Shown here piece by piece: positions 1 to 10,130 of a stretch of DNA of 64,000 nt. A program made the position numbers and the translations under genes. Below the pieces are notes generated by a model, which was not told the origin of the DNA, did no database searches, and saw only the letters and a program-made list of their open reading frames with translations. The stretch lies in IMG/VR virus record IMGVR_UViG_3300042566_001780, positions 62,001-126,000 of that record; one strand, 5' to 3'. Within the stretch, counting starts at the first letter, position 1, and each line of letters starts with the position of its first letter.

Positions 1-2
1 AT

Positions 3-290
3 GGAAAACGTAAATTCCAAGATTCTTACAAAGAAGTGCAAATTGATCAATTATTTCGTTTAGCATCCCAAACATCAAAAGCTGATATTGAGGGATTTAA
101 AGAATACCTTTTACAAGGTACAATTGAAGCAATTAAATGGAATCAAGATCCGGTTGAAATTATGACAGACGGTACTTCATTCACGCTCAAAAAGGGTGAT
201 TACCTTTTGAGAGAATTAGATGGAAAAGAATTTGTGTTCACTGTAGAAAATCGTGGTACTTTTGAATCATCACCAAGAAAGAAAGTTTAA
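3..290 (+). CDS. hypothetical protein, 5'-truncated by window edge
   Basis: Frame of ORF 36..290 stays open to the left edge of the window. Confidence 0.6.
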   Translation, partial: GKRKFQDSYKEVQIDQLFRLASQTSKADIEGFKEYLLQGTIEAIKWNQDPVEIMTDGTSFTLKKGDYLLRELDGKEFVFTVENRGTFESSPRKKV

Positions 291-292
291 TA

Positions 293-841
293 ATGACTGC
301 TGAAAAAACCGAGAAGCCTAAGAGAAAAAATACTTCTAAGAAAAAAGGAAATGGCTTTGAATTGACAGTAGCAAAACTGTTGTCAAAAGAATTAGCACCA
401 ATGAACTTTATTCGAACCCCTGGATCTGGGGCACGAGTTGGCGGAAAGAACTTTGCTACCATTGGCCAAATGTTCGGTGAAGAGGCATTAAAGATTTTTG
501 TTGGCGATGTTGTCCCAGTTAATGAAAAACAAATAGGCAAGAAGTTTAAAGTATCATGTGAATGTAAGTTCTATGCAACGCAGGATCACTTTACATCAGT
601 TATGATGGGATCGGGCTTAATCTTCAAATGGATGAAAGAATCAGAGGATGACGCTCAAAAGATCGATAAACTTCCAGTCCTAATCTTTAAGTGGAATCAT
701 ACACCTATTTTCATTGCATGTACCGACGACAATATGCCAGTTGACTGCATTAAGATGATTCTACCGAGAGAAAATCTGTCTAGCATCAAAGTTGGTATCC
801 TTGAAGAAGTTCTCAAACATAAAGATTTTTGGATAGAATGA
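293..841 (+). CDS. Holliday junction resolvase, Hjc-like PD-(D/E)XK nuclease
   Basis: KKKGNGFELTVAKLL, RTPGSGA, GDVV and ECKFY motifs typical of phage Hjc-type resolvases. Confidence 0.75.
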   Translation: MTAEKTEKPKRKNTSKKKGNGFELTVAKLLSKELAPMNFIRTPGSGARVGGKNFATIGQMFGEEALKIFVGDVVPVNEKQIGKKFKVSCECKFYATQDHFTSVMMGSGLIFKWMKESEDDAQKIDKLPVLIFKWNHTPIFIACTDDNMPVDCIKMILPRENLSSIKVGILEEVLKHKDFWIE

Positions 842-867
842 AAGCAACGGCGTGTTAGAATAACAGC

Positions 868-2097
868 ATGACACGCCCGTTTGACTTATCTCTTAATCGA
901 GAAATTGAGGAATCTAGTCCTCTACATTGGAGAAAATTTTGGCCAAATCTCCAACGTATACATCCTACTAAAGTAGCATTACGCCAATCTATTATTTTGT
1001 GGGTAGCAAACCTGCATTATTCATGTCAAATGAATCCCCGCGGGTTCAACTATACTGAAATCCGTCTTACTGATTTGCGTCAGCAAGTCCGCGATTATCG
1101 AGTCATTATTGATTATTTCTTTGAAGTTGATCAACGCGGTTTTTGCATAGATGCTGATCATTATGAGGTGTCTCGCTTAATCCCTAAAGAAATTGGGTTT
1201 GAATTATCCCAAGAGATCAAGTTGGAAATCCCAAAGGCAGCATATATACCTCCTTCAAAACCAAAAGATGGTACTGTGTCAACAGTAAACATCTTCAATC
1301 GGGATAGTATAGAACAGCTTTTACTAGAAAATAAGCGCTATGATCTTTGGCCCCAAGTTAAGTGGCTGATAAATCAAGGCGATGCGGTAGAGTTTATTTT
1401 TCAGAAAAGTGGAAAACTTCAACAACGCGATACTAGCATTTGGCCTATTCAAGCAATTGAGACTTGGCCCTCTTGGCTGAGAGAAAAGTTATTTGGACCT
1501 GGGATTGACCTTGATTCTGCATATGTTCAGTTTATGATCAAGTCAGTGCAACCGTGCTATGATTCATTTCATAGTATGAAAACCGCTATACCAGATTTAG
1601 TTGATTTGATTTATGACAAAGAGCAATTTAGAAAATATCTGTGTCAAGATGTAATGAATTTGCCATACACAGAGAATAATATCAAGAGCATAAAACAGAT
1701 CATCATGGCTATTGCCAATGGATCTCGAATATCTGCAGATCTGACAAAATGCAGCAATTATTCTGAATCAGCAAAATTGCTTGTTGAATGTATGCGTGAT
1801 TCAAATGAAGAATATTTGGTCAAAGCTGCTAATAGGTTTCAACAAATTTCCCATCAATTTAGTACAGCTAAAAAGATGGCGTGTTTATATCTTACTAAAA
1901 GACATCCATCACGACTAAATCAAAAAGTAATTTTCAGAAACTATTTTGAGTGGGAAAGAACTGCGCGATATGCTATTTGGGAAGAATGTGGCCGACACGG
2001 TATCATGGTGCACGATGGGATTGACGGTATACCTGAATCGTACATTAAAAACATCGATTCGATAATGGATAAACTTCAACTTAAGTTGTCCACATGA
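868..2097 (+). CDS. divergent family A polymerase-like protein (palm motifs only)
   Basis: GIDLDSAY (motif A-like), IKQIIMAIANG (motif B-like), IMVHDGI (motif C-like); 409 aa. Confidence 0.45.
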   Translation: MTRPFDLSLNREIEESSPLHWRKFWPNLQRIHPTKVALRQSIILWVANLHYSCQMNPRGFNYTEIRLTDLRQQVRDYRVIIDYFFEVDQRGFCIDADHYEVSRLIPKEIGFELSQEIKLEIPKAAYIPPSKPKDGTVSTVNIFNRDSIEQLLLENKRYDLWPQVKWLINQGDAVEFIFQKSGKLQQRDTSIWPIQAIETWPSWLREKLFGPGIDLDSAYVQFMIKSVQPCYDSFHSMKTAIPDLVDLIYDKEQFRKYLCQDVMNLPYTENNIKSIKQIIMAIANGSRISADLTKCSNYSESAKLLVECMRDSNEEYLVKAANRFQQISHQFSTAKKMACLYLTKRHPSRLNQKVIFRNYFEWERTARYAIWEECGRHGIMVHDGIDGIPESYIKNIDSIMDKLQLKLST

Positions 2098-2102
2098 AAT
2101 TG

Positions 2103-2129
2103 AAAAAGGGTAGCATTGCTACCCTTTTT
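2103..2129. terminator. bidirectional intrinsic terminator
   Basis: AAAAAGGGTAGCA-T-TGCTACCCTTTTT between convergent genes. Confidence 0.8.
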
Positions 2130-2349
2130 AGCGTGAGAATGGATTTTTTGCTTCTTCTTTAAGTCGTTTGTTTAAGAATTCTACAGCTAAATCTCTTTCA
2201 ACAGCAGACATATTCAGCACTGTTTCGTAAGGTATAGCGCCTTTTGAAAAGTATGATATTTCAATTGCGGATTGTAGTAAAGATTTAGCTTCAAGCTGCA
2301 ATCGATCTATTGTTGCTATGATCCCGGTGCGATCGCCACTCGAAATCAT
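2128..2349 (-). CDS. baseplate hub assembly catalyst, T4 gp51-like
   Basis: 73 aa, YETVLNMSAVERDL motif, ATGA overlap with the gp26-like gene. Confidence 0.55.
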   Translation of the reverse strand: MISSGDRTGIIATIDRLQLEAKSLLQSAIEISYFSKGAIPYETVLNMSAVERDLAVEFLNKRLKEEAKNPFSR

Positions 2350-3143
2350 TCTGAGAAAAAACTGACAGGGTTCAATGGTAATTCAACCCTCATTTCTTCT
2401 CCACAGTCACGACACTTCAACTTTACAACTTGATCTGGGCCCCAGTCATTAAGCTGGGATGCTGCTTCGGTGATCTTATTGATTGACGGGGTGGTGAGTG
2501 TCTTGAGCCATTCTTCAATGAACTTTGGATCGGACGTGTCATCAACCTTTTCGATCATACTTAAAAGATTGCTCATAGCAATTTTCTTAATGTCATCTTG
2601 AGTTAATTCTTTTTTACCTTCAGATTGGTGGAATAACTTCACTACATCTGAAAAACGCATTGGACGCGTGACAACTTTAAACTGACCATCTACTATCACT
2701 ACCCGCTTTACCTCGATTAGGGTAGGATCCAGCTTTTTCATCGAAGCTGCCAAACTTTCTAAGTCAACCACATAAGAATGCTTTTTTGCATTCTCACAAT
2801 CATGCGTCACTTCAATGCGATACTCCGAACCATAAGTGGTTAGACGCAAGAAGAAAAGCAGCGCATCAATGTCTCTACCATATAGTTCGAGGGGCTTTTT
2901 AATTCCTGGAGCACATTCTGCCACTACTGCTTCTAATGCGGTACCATTAAATAACAGGTCCGGGTTCTTCAAGTTGATTTCTGTTAATGCTGTCATTGGG
3001 TGAATATGCATTTCACCTTCTTTGACAGAAATATCTAATTCACCATTGGAATAAAAAGCTCCTAATGATGGGAGTTGAAATACCCGACCTGGTAACTTTA
3101 CTTTGGATAATAGTGGATTGACTGTTTGCTGTGTGCTGCTCAT
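2346..3143 (-). CDS. baseplate hub subunit, T4 gp26-like
   Basis: LPSLG.FY, HPMT..E, DIDALLFFLRL.TYG and C-terminal CxxC...NPVSFF; next to the tape measure gene. Confidence 0.7.
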   Translation of the reverse strand: MSSTQQTVNPLLSKVKLPGRVFQLPSLGAFYSNGELDISVKEGEMHIHPMTALTEINLKNPDLLFNGTALEAVVAECAPGIKKPLELYGRDIDALLFFLRLTTYGSEYRIEVTHDCENAKKHSYVVDLESLAASMKKLDPTLIEVKRVVIVDGQFKVVTRPMRFSDVVKLFHQSEGKKELTQDDIKKIAMSNLLSMIEKVDDTSDPKFIEEWLKTLTTPSINKITEAASQLNDWGPDQVVKLKCRDCGEEMRVELPLNPVSFFSE

Positions 3144-3183
3144 AATTAAGTTTTAGTGAGAAAAATAGGAATGTTCACATTCT

Positions 3184-3191
3184 CTAAATAG
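3184..3191 (+). promoter_or_regulatory. late promoter CTAAATAG (tape measure)
   Basis: Variant of the T4 late TATAAATA element; recurs upstream of many structural genes. Confidence 0.65.
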
Positions 3192-3217
3192 ACAATGTTG
3201 CGATAGTTTTCTACTAT

Positions 3218-3225
3218 CTATTTAG
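3218..3225 (-). promoter_or_regulatory. late promoter CTAAATAG (baseplate hub genes)
   Basis: CTATTTAG on + strand, upstream of the minus-strand gene starting at 3143. Confidence 0.65.
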
Positions 3226-3260
3226 CTTCACCCGAAAGGGCTGAAACCTAGGATGATCTC

Positions 3261-6200
3261 ATGGATGCCGAAATTCTAAAAACCCTGCAGAACATTGAAA
3301 AGCTGTTAAAAAATACAACTTCGTTGTCTGCAAATAAAACTCTGCCTCCTGCACGTGGGAATGATAGGTCAGAACAAAAAGAAAACAGGTCTATTCAGCG
3401 CGAATTTAAGGCCTCTGCAGCTTCCCTTAAGGGTTTTAAAGATTCCATATATGGCTTGATAACGGGTGTCTCTGGGCTTAAATCTGAGGTATCCAAGGCT
3501 ACTTCTGCATTTGGTGCATTTGGTAGTCAGTTTGCGAAGTTTATGAGTTCTCTTGAATCTGTCGAAGTTAAGAGCGCTCAGCCAGTTACCTTGAATTTAA
3601 CAAGTCTAGATAAAGCAGTGCTCAAATTAATTGACACTAATTTGTCAATTGAAAAGACACTAGCCACTAGCACATCATTGTTGCAGAAAATGTCAGATTG
3701 CGTTTGTGAACGCGTTGATGCTAGACCTGAGCAAAATCAAGATGAATCTACTTGGTCTGCTATTTCCAATAAGGTTTTAGGTAAATTCTTCTCTAAAGAA
3801 ACCCAAAAGCCAGCGGAAAATACTGTCAAAGCTACTAAAGCAGTTAAAGAAGAAAATGAAAAGTTGGCTAAATCCACAAATGGATTTAATACTAATTTGA
3901 CCTTCACTGGTTCAATGCTGCATGGGCTTGGGCAACAATTTGACAAACTAAAGCAAGTTATTGTAACTGTCACTTCAGACTTCTTCAAAATAGCTGGTGT
4001 TGGCATGGGGTCTACAGAGTCGTTAATGACTTTGTATAAAAACGCTCTTCTTGCCGGTATGAGCCTTGAAGAGTATATGTCGATCCTTAAGGATAATACG
4101 GCAGTAACTCGAAGCTCGAGCTTAGCAGATTTCAATAAAACCATTTCATCTGCTGATAAGCAATTAGCGGAATTAGGCGTATTCGGTAATGAAGCCCGTG
4201 CATTACAGGCATCATTAGCTGATAGTAACACTCGAATGGGTGTTAGCCAAAATAAATTGACAAGTGCAGCAGCTGATCAAATCAGCATGTTTGAGAAGCT
4301 GCGTAAAGCTACCAACATGTCAGCAGCAGAATTTGGCACTTTAGTAAGATCAGTTGCAGAAAACGATCAAGCCCAGCGTGAACTTGTTGGCTTACATCCA
4401 GCTGAACGCCAAGCACGTCAACAGCAATTACTGAGTGTCATGTCTCTTGGCAAGCAAATGGGATTGACGACTGCTCAATCTGAGAAACTTGGTGCTGCAA
4501 TGATGGCAGCTAGAGGCGAGGGAGCATCGACCAGATATGAATCTGCCGGTCGATTGCGTCAAATGGGCGCAATAGTTGGTATGGGCGGAGAAGCTCAAAG
4601 ACTGGCTCAATTGACTCTTAAAGGTGCTTCACGATCCACTCAAGAAGAAGCAGAATATCAATCAGTCCTCGCATCATTAGATAAGCGTATCCAAAGTGAA
4701 AGATTAATGGCCCAGCAAACTGGAAATCTGGGTTATGAATATCAACTTGATGAACTAGAAAAAACAATTAAGGGGTCTGGCGCTGGTCAAATTATGGATG
4801 CTTCTCGAGCCGCTACTTTAGCACAAGAAAGTGGAAGGGCCGGGGCAAATGCAGATTTTGGTAAAAGTGTTGGTGTTTTTGAACAAGCTGTTGCACAATT
4901 TGCAACTATTATCAACGGGTTTTTTAAGAGTCCTTTAGCTGGGCTATCAGCAGCAATAGGCGGTGCTGTAGCGTTTGCATTTAAGGGCCCATTAATGCGA
5001 ATGTTGGGTGGTGCTTTTACTGGAGGACCTGGCGGTGGTGCAGTTAGTGGAGCAGCTAAAGTCGCGGCTGATGCAGCTACACAAGCTAAAAATCTATTTT
5101 ACAGTTTTGGCTATCAAGCCGGTCGGGTAACAGCCTTAATTTCTAATTCTGCAAGTAAAACTTTCTCTTTCTTAAAAGGCGGAGCCTTAAGCGCATTTGA
5201 CACAATTAGAAAAACCTATAATGCTCTATCACTATCATCTGCAATTACGAGCCCTCTTGAAGTAGTTAAGAATTTATTTGCTGGCGCAGGTAATTCAATA
5301 TTCAATTTTGTTTCAAAGCCATTTACTGCAATTAAGAATCTAATGAGTTCTATGCAGTTTGGAAATATTGCTTCTTTAATTAAAACACCTATTGAAACTA
5401 TCAAGGGATTATTTGGTAGTATCCCATCTAAATTATCTTCCATCATCCCGTCATTAAAGGGTATGGCAACCTCCATATCTGGATTTGCGCAAGCAATCCC
5501 AGGAATGTCAGCTATTGGGAATGCATTTAGTGGATTATTACCAGCAATCAAAAAGTTACCGCTTATTGGCGGATTAATTACTGCAGGAATGGAAATTTTT
5601 ACTGGTGAAATGACGGCAGCATTAAATCCAAGTGGCGGGATAATGAATACTATTTTTGGTGTAGCAACTGCATTTTTGACTGCTATACCAAATCTTATCA
5701 TAGATTCAATGGCATTTGTTTTTGGTGATGACTTAATACAACCATTAAGAAACATTTTTGACGGGGTAGTAGCTGGTATTAATCAAACATTTAAAGAGCT
5801 ACTTGGTGGAATAGCTGGTGGAATAGCTGGATTATTGAAATACATATTGCCAAAAGATTCTAAGTTAATTAAATTTTTAGAAGGCGCCCAGTCTGCGTTA
5901 AATGAATCTGCTGCAGAAACTGCAGCAACCACTAAAAAACTAGTATCAGACAAAAATGCTACTCTTTCAAAAATTTCAGAAGAGAACAAAGCTAAAGCTG
6001 CAGAAGCTAATAAAGAGGGAAAGAAAGCAGTTGATCAAGCTACTGCTACAGCAAAGCAATTTAACAATGTTATGTATGGATTGCCTGCGGCTAGCACTAT
6101 AGTTAGTGATGCAAAAACTCTTGTCGGTACGCAACAGCAAGCAGCAAAACCTATACAAGCTACTCCAGAGGTTCAAAAGCCAACGCAAGTAGCACCTGAG

Positions 6201-6452
6201 CAAATAAATAAGCAATCATCAGAACAGGGCACAACTAACTCTACCACAAGTAATACAGAAACAACTTCACTTGCATCACCTGATGTTGTTGGCATTCTTC
6301 AATCTATGTTGGCTGTATTACAACAAAATCTAATGACTGATCAAGAGCAGTTAAAGTTGACTGGACAATTGATTGGGCAATCTAGAGTAAAAGCAGATTT
6401 TAGCTCTTCCGCTATGATGGCAGACAGAATTTTAGGACCACGGTCCGTTTGA
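3261..6452 (+). CDS. tail tape measure protein
   Basis: 1063 aa, Ala/Gly/Ser-rich helical, amphipathic central repeats, next to baseplate hub genes. Confidence 0.7.
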   Translation: MDAEILKTLQNIEKLLKNTTSLSANKTLPPARGNDRSEQKENRSIQREFKASAASLKGFKDSIYGLITGVSGLKSEVSKATSAFGAFGSQFAKFMSSLESVEVKSAQPVTLNLTSLDKAVLKLIDTNLSIEKTLATSTSLLQKMSDCVCERVDARPEQNQDESTWSAISNKVLGKFFSKETQKPAENTVKATKAVKEENEKLAKSTNGFNTNLTFTGSMLHGLGQQFDKLKQVIVTVTSDFFKIAGVGMGSTESLMTLYKNALLAGMSLEEYMSILKDNTAVTRSSSLADFNKTISSADKQLAELGVFGNEARALQASLADSNTRMGVSQNKLTSAAADQISMFEKLRKATNMSAAEFGTLVRSVAENDQAQRELVGLHPAERQARQQQLLSVMSLGKQMGLTTAQSEKLGAAMMAARGEGASTRYESAGRLRQMGAIVGMGGEAQRLAQLTLKGASRSTQEEAEYQSVLASLDKRIQSERLMAQQTGNLGYEYQLDELEKTIKGSGAGQIMDASRAATLAQESGRAGANADFGKSVGVFEQAVAQFATIINGFFKSPLAGLSAAIGGAVAFAFKGPLMRMLGGAFTGGPGGGAVSGAAKVAADAATQAKNLFYSFGYQAGRVTALISNSASKTFSFLKGGALSAFDTIRKTYNALSLSSAITSPLEVVKNLFAGAGNSIFNFVSKPFTAIKNLMSSMQFGNIASLIKTPIETIKGLFGSIPSKLSSIIPSLKGMATSISGFAQAIPGMSAIGNAFSGLLPAIKKLPLIGGLITAGMEIFTGEMTAALNPSGGIMNTIFGVATAFLTAIPNLIIDSMAFVFGDDLIQPLRNIFDGVVAGINQTFKELLGGIAGGIAGLLKYILPKDSKLIKFLEGAQSALNESAAETAATTKKLVSDKNATLSKISEENKAKAAEANKEGKKAVDQATATAKQFNNVMYGLPAASTIVSDAKTLVGTQQQAAKPIQATPEVQKPTQVAPEQINKQSSEQGTTNSTTSNTETTSLASPDVVGILQSMLAVLQQNLMTDQEQLKLTGQLIGQSRVKADFSSSAMMADRILGPRSV

Positions 6453-6478
6453 AATAACTATGAGAGGAATCCAGTAAA

Positions 6479-8161
6479 GTGAGTAATTATGCTGGTATGT
6501 GGCGTATTGTAACGCCAAAAACGCGAAAGCAATTTTACACTACATTGTCTACTGACGCATATGATCCGCGAGCTACAGATTTGAGCTCAATGTCGTCGCT
6601 AACATGGTATTCTCAAGTGATGCGCGGGCCTGGTTCGCGGGTTCAATCATACAAGCAATATGACGTAATGGACGCAGACATTGATATTGCTCGTTCACTT
6701 GACATTATTGCTGAAGAAATTGCTACTCGTGATGAGAAGACTAATTTGCCATTTGTGATTGAATGGCAAAAAGAAGACAATCAAGACATTACTGATTCTA
6801 CTATTGTTACTGTTCGCGCTGCGCTGCGACAGTTTTCGCAGCTTCAAGATTTGAAGAAGCGAATGTTCAACATTGCAAGAACTATGGTCAAATATGGCGA
6901 TTGTTTCTTTAGAAAAACCTCTGATACAAAGCGCTGGCAATATATTGATCCATCTTTGGTATATGGTATTGAGATTGACGAAAACGGAGCTGCTATTGCA
7001 TATCATATTCGGCGTCCGGCTTCTGCAAATAATGCGCCTTATGGCTCAATCAAGAATGAATTCTTAGATATTGTGCCTGCATCAGCCATTATTCACTTCA
7101 CCATGTCTGATGACATGGGTGACTCTGCGCCGTTTGGACAAAGCATTTTACGGCCCATATATCGAGTATACCGCCAATTGGCTATGCTTGAAGATGCAAT
7201 GATCATTTATCGAATTGTCCGTGCTCCAGAAAGACGAGTATTCTACATTGACGTTGGTAATATGAACCAGCATCAGGTAAAGAGGTACTTGGAACAAGTT
7301 AAAAATGAAATGCGCCAGAAAAAAGTTCCAGGTACTGGAATTAATGGTGGCCGTGATACTGTTGATGGGCAGTACGATCCGCAGTCTATGCAAGACGATA
7401 TTTTCATGGCGGTTACAGCTAATGGCAGAGGATCTCGTGTTGAAACTCTTCCAGGTGGTACTGAAGATTTTGGCACTAACTTGCTTCGTCAATTCCAAGA
7501 AAAAATCTTCCGTGGTCTTCGTATTCCAACTTCTTATCTAGGCGGTACTGATGCGGCGGGTGCCCAAACCAATGATGGTAAAGTAGGTATTGCCTATATT
7601 GAAGAACTTCGTTTTGCTAATTTCATTTCTCGCTTGCAACAACGAATCAATGATGTTTTTGATGCAGAATTCAAAATCTATTTGAAAGTAACAGGTCTTC
7701 GAGTAGATGATGAAGTATTTGACATTCGCTTACCTGACCCAGCAAACTTTGCACTATATCGCCAGGCAGCGCTTGATGCGGATCTAATTAACTCATTCTC
7801 TAACATTCAAGAAGTCAAATTCTTATCTCGTCGGTTTATCCTTAAGCGTTATTTGGGTCTTTCTGATGACGAAATTCAAATGAATGAAACAATGATTAAG
7901 GAAGAGCGAGCAATTGAAGATACTGATGATACTTCTGCAATGCAGCAAATTTATGATCCAGCAGTATTTGATAATCGCGAGCCAATTTCGATCGTAAAGC
8001 CAGATGAATCTCTAAATTCATCAAACACTGATAGCTTTAACTCGCCAGAAGATGAAATGGGAATGTCTGGCGAAGAACCAGCACCAGAAGAGACTCCTAT
8101 GGCTGGTGAACTAGATGATACTGGTATTGAAGATAAACCGCCTGCTATTCCTATAGCTTAA
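6479..8161 (+). CDS. portal vertex protein, T4 gp20-like
   Basis: LEDAMIIYRIVRAPERRVFYIDVGNM, VETLPGG, EELRF; acidic tail. Confidence 0.95.
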   Translation: MSNYAGMWRIVTPKTRKQFYTTLSTDAYDPRATDLSSMSSLTWYSQVMRGPGSRVQSYKQYDVMDADIDIARSLDIIAEEIATRDEKTNLPFVIEWQKEDNQDITDSTIVTVRAALRQFSQLQDLKKRMFNIARTMVKYGDCFFRKTSDTKRWQYIDPSLVYGIEIDENGAAIAYHIRRPASANNAPYGSIKNEFLDIVPASAIIHFTMSDDMGDSAPFGQSILRPIYRVYRQLAMLEDAMIIYRIVRAPERRVFYIDVGNMNQHQVKRYLEQVKNEMRQKKVPGTGINGGRDTVDGQYDPQSMQDDIFMAVTANGRGSRVETLPGGTEDFGTNLLRQFQEKIFRGLRIPTSYLGGTDAAGAQTNDGKVGIAYIEELRFANFISRLQQRINDVFDAEFKIYLKVTGLRVDDEVFDIRLPDPANFALYRQAALDADLINSFSNIQEVKFLSRRFILKRYLGLSDDEIQMNETMIKEERAIEDTDDTSAMQQIYDPAVFDNREPISIVKPDESLNSSNTDSFNSPEDEMGMSGEEPAPEETPMAGELDDTGIEDKPPAIPIA

Positions 8162-8167
8162 CCTAAT

Positions 8168-8200
8168 AAGGGAAAGAATTGAAGAAATTCTTTCCCTTTT
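8168..8200 (+). terminator. intrinsic terminator after portal
   Basis: AAGGGAAAGAATT-GAAGA-AATTCTTTCCCTT then TT. Confidence 0.8.
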
Positions 8201-8210
8201 CATTTCATTG

Positions 8211-8218
8211 CTAAATAG
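8211..8218 (+). promoter_or_regulatory. late promoter CTAAATAG
   Basis: Upstream of the prohead protease. Confidence 0.65.
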
Positions 8219-8237
8219 AAAATAGTGTCAATGAATA

Positions 8238-8864
8238 ATGTTTTGGAGTGAAAACATGCAATTATTAGTGGAACAGTTAATGCCGTCTGCAGCTCAAATT
8301 ATGGAGCAAAAGATCGGTTCTGATCTTTATCTTTCTGGCATCATGATGCAAGCAGATGTGGTAAATGGAAATCGTAGAAAGTATAAGCTTTCTGAAATAT
8401 CTAAAGTAGTTCAAGAAGCTCAAGCAAAAATTGCTGCAGGCAATTTTATTCTAGGTGAATTAAATCACCCTGATAACCTGTCAATAAATTTAGCTAACGT
8501 GTCGCATGCTATTACTGAAATCCGTATGGATGGCAATAATGCTATTGGCAAAATGAAGCTGCTAAATACCCCGGCTGGCAATATTGCTAAAGCTATTTTA
8601 GAAGGCAATGTCCGTTTGGGTGTTTCTTCACGTGGTACCGGTAATGTAAATGAATCTGGCGATGTATCAGATTTCTCATTAGTTACTGTTGATATTGTGT
8701 CTACTCCATCTGCCCCTGATGCATATCCTTCTTTAGTATCAGAAGCTTTAGAAAATAAGAAAATTTTGACTTTAGCTGAAGCTGTGGTGCATGATCAAAA
8801 AGCACAAGACTTCTTTAAGAAAGAAATGACTAATTTCATTTCCAATTTCTTTGCAAAGAAATAA
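8238..8864 (+). CDS. prohead core protease, T4 gp21-like
   Basis: GELNHP, NVSH, LGVSSRGTG, DIVSTPSAPDAY. Confidence 0.95.
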   Translation: MFWSENMQLLVEQLMPSAAQIMEQKIGSDLYLSGIMMQADVVNGNRRKYKLSEISKVVQEAQAKIAAGNFILGELNHPDNLSINLANVSHAITEIRMDGNNAIGKMKLLNTPAGNIAKAILEGNVRLGVSSRGTGNVNESGDVSDFSLVTVDIVSTPSAPDAYPSLVSEALENKKILTLAEAVVHDQKAQDFFKKEMTNFISNFFAKK

Positions 8865-8890
8865 TAGGTTGAAAAGCTATTTTGATCAGG

Positions 8891-8898
8891 CTAAATAG
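8891..8898 (+). promoter_or_regulatory. late promoter CTAAATAG within hairpin 8872-8903
   Basis: Motif plus inverted repeat AAAAGCTATTT/AAATAGCTTTT. Confidence 0.6.
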
Positions 8899-8926
8899 CT
8901 TTTTGCAAACCAATAAAGAGGATCTT

Positions 8927-9085
8927 ATGGACGAATTGAAACAAGAATTAAAGAGTATGTTGTATGCAGTCATTGATGATAATGACGAAACTGCTCAAGA
9001 GCATTTGCACAATTACCTTGTTGCAAAAACTCGTGAAATGACTAATTTACCTGCATCTTCACAAAATTTTAACGATCAGGAATAA
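8927..9085 (+). CDS. small acidic prohead core protein (gp67-like position)
   Basis: GAGG RBS, ATG at 8927, lies between protease and scaffold. Confidence 0.45.
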   Translation: MDELKQELKSMLYAVIDDNDETAQEHLHNYLVAKTREMTNLPASSQNFNDQE

Positions 9086-9118
9086 TTAACGATTTTTAGT
9101 GAAGTTTTCATTAACTTG

Positions 9119-9126
9119 CTAAATAA
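9119..9126 (+). promoter_or_regulatory. late promoter CTAAATAA
   Basis: Upstream of scaffold and major capsid genes. Confidence 0.55.
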
Positions 9127-9216
9127 GTTCGTAGCATTTTAAAAATGCTAATCATTTTTACACACGCACCAAGTAATTACTAATTATTTGGATTTTTTAA
9201 AAGAATAGGAGAAAGC

Positions 9217-10098
9217 ATGGACGAAATCCTTAATAAGCTGTTGCAATCTGAATTGCTCAGCGAGGACACCAAAGCTGAGCTCTCTGAGCAGTGGACTACT
9301 TCCATTGAAACTTATAAAGCGAATCTTCGCGAAGAAGTGTCAAATGAAGTTAAGTTACAACTGTCTGAGCAGTGGTTAACCGAACGCGAAGAGCTGGTCA
9401 ACAAGGTTGAGCAACTTATCGAATCTGGTTTATCTACTGAAATTGCTGAGCTCAAGTCTGATATTGAACGTTTCCGTGATCTTGAAGCAGAATATGCTGA
9501 AAAGATTGTGGAAGAAAAGCACACTCTTGCTGCTCAAGTATCTGAAGAACTTGACCAACTTGTTGAGAAATTAGATGGTTTCTTTGAAGCTCGTCTTAAG
9601 TCTGAACTTGATGAACTCAAGGAAGATTTGGATATTGCTAAGCAAAACGAATTTGGCCGTAATATTTTTGAAGCTTTTGCTGCTACCTTTGCTAAGTCGC
9701 ATGTCGATGAAAACAAGGTTGCTGCCCAATTAGAAGCTGCTAAAGCACAACTCGAAGAAGTGCAAGCTCAGCTTCAAGAAGCTAAGAAGTCGCAAACTGC
9801 CGCAATTCGTGAATCCAAGATGGAACGCCTTTTGGCTAATCTGTCTGGTAAGAAGCGTGAACAAATGGAAATGCTTCTCAAGAATGTCGACACCGACAAA
9901 CTTGATGAGTCATACAAGTTTTTCATTGGTCGTATCCTGAAGGAAGATGTTGCTGAAAAGCAAACCCTTGCTGAAGGTGTTATTGATGATAAGAAAACCA
10001 CGGTCGTTACAGGTGACAAACTCGTGGAAAGTGCTCAGCCCGAAGTAGTAGTTGATGCAGCTATTGCCCGTGCTAAGCGCCTCGCAGGTATCAAGTAA
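9217..10098 (+). CDS. prohead core scaffold protein, T4 gp22-like
   Basis: Acidic coiled coil directly before the capsid gene; ends AKRLAGIK. Confidence 0.85.
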   Translation: MDEILNKLLQSELLSEDTKAELSEQWTTSIETYKANLREEVSNEVKLQLSEQWLTEREELVNKVEQLIESGLSTEIAELKSDIERFRDLEAEYAEKIVEEKHTLAAQVSEELDQLVEKLDGFFEARLKSELDELKEDLDIAKQNEFGRNIFEAFAATFAKSHVDENKVAAQLEAAKAQLEEVQAQLQEAKKSQTAAIRESKMERLLANLSGKKREQMEMLLKNVDTDKLDESYKFFIGRILKEDVAEKQTLAEGVIDDKKTTVVTGDKLVESAQPEVVVDAAIARAKRLAGIK

Positions 10099-10130
10099 TC
10101 CTGTACCTAAATTATTCAAGGAGAATTTAA

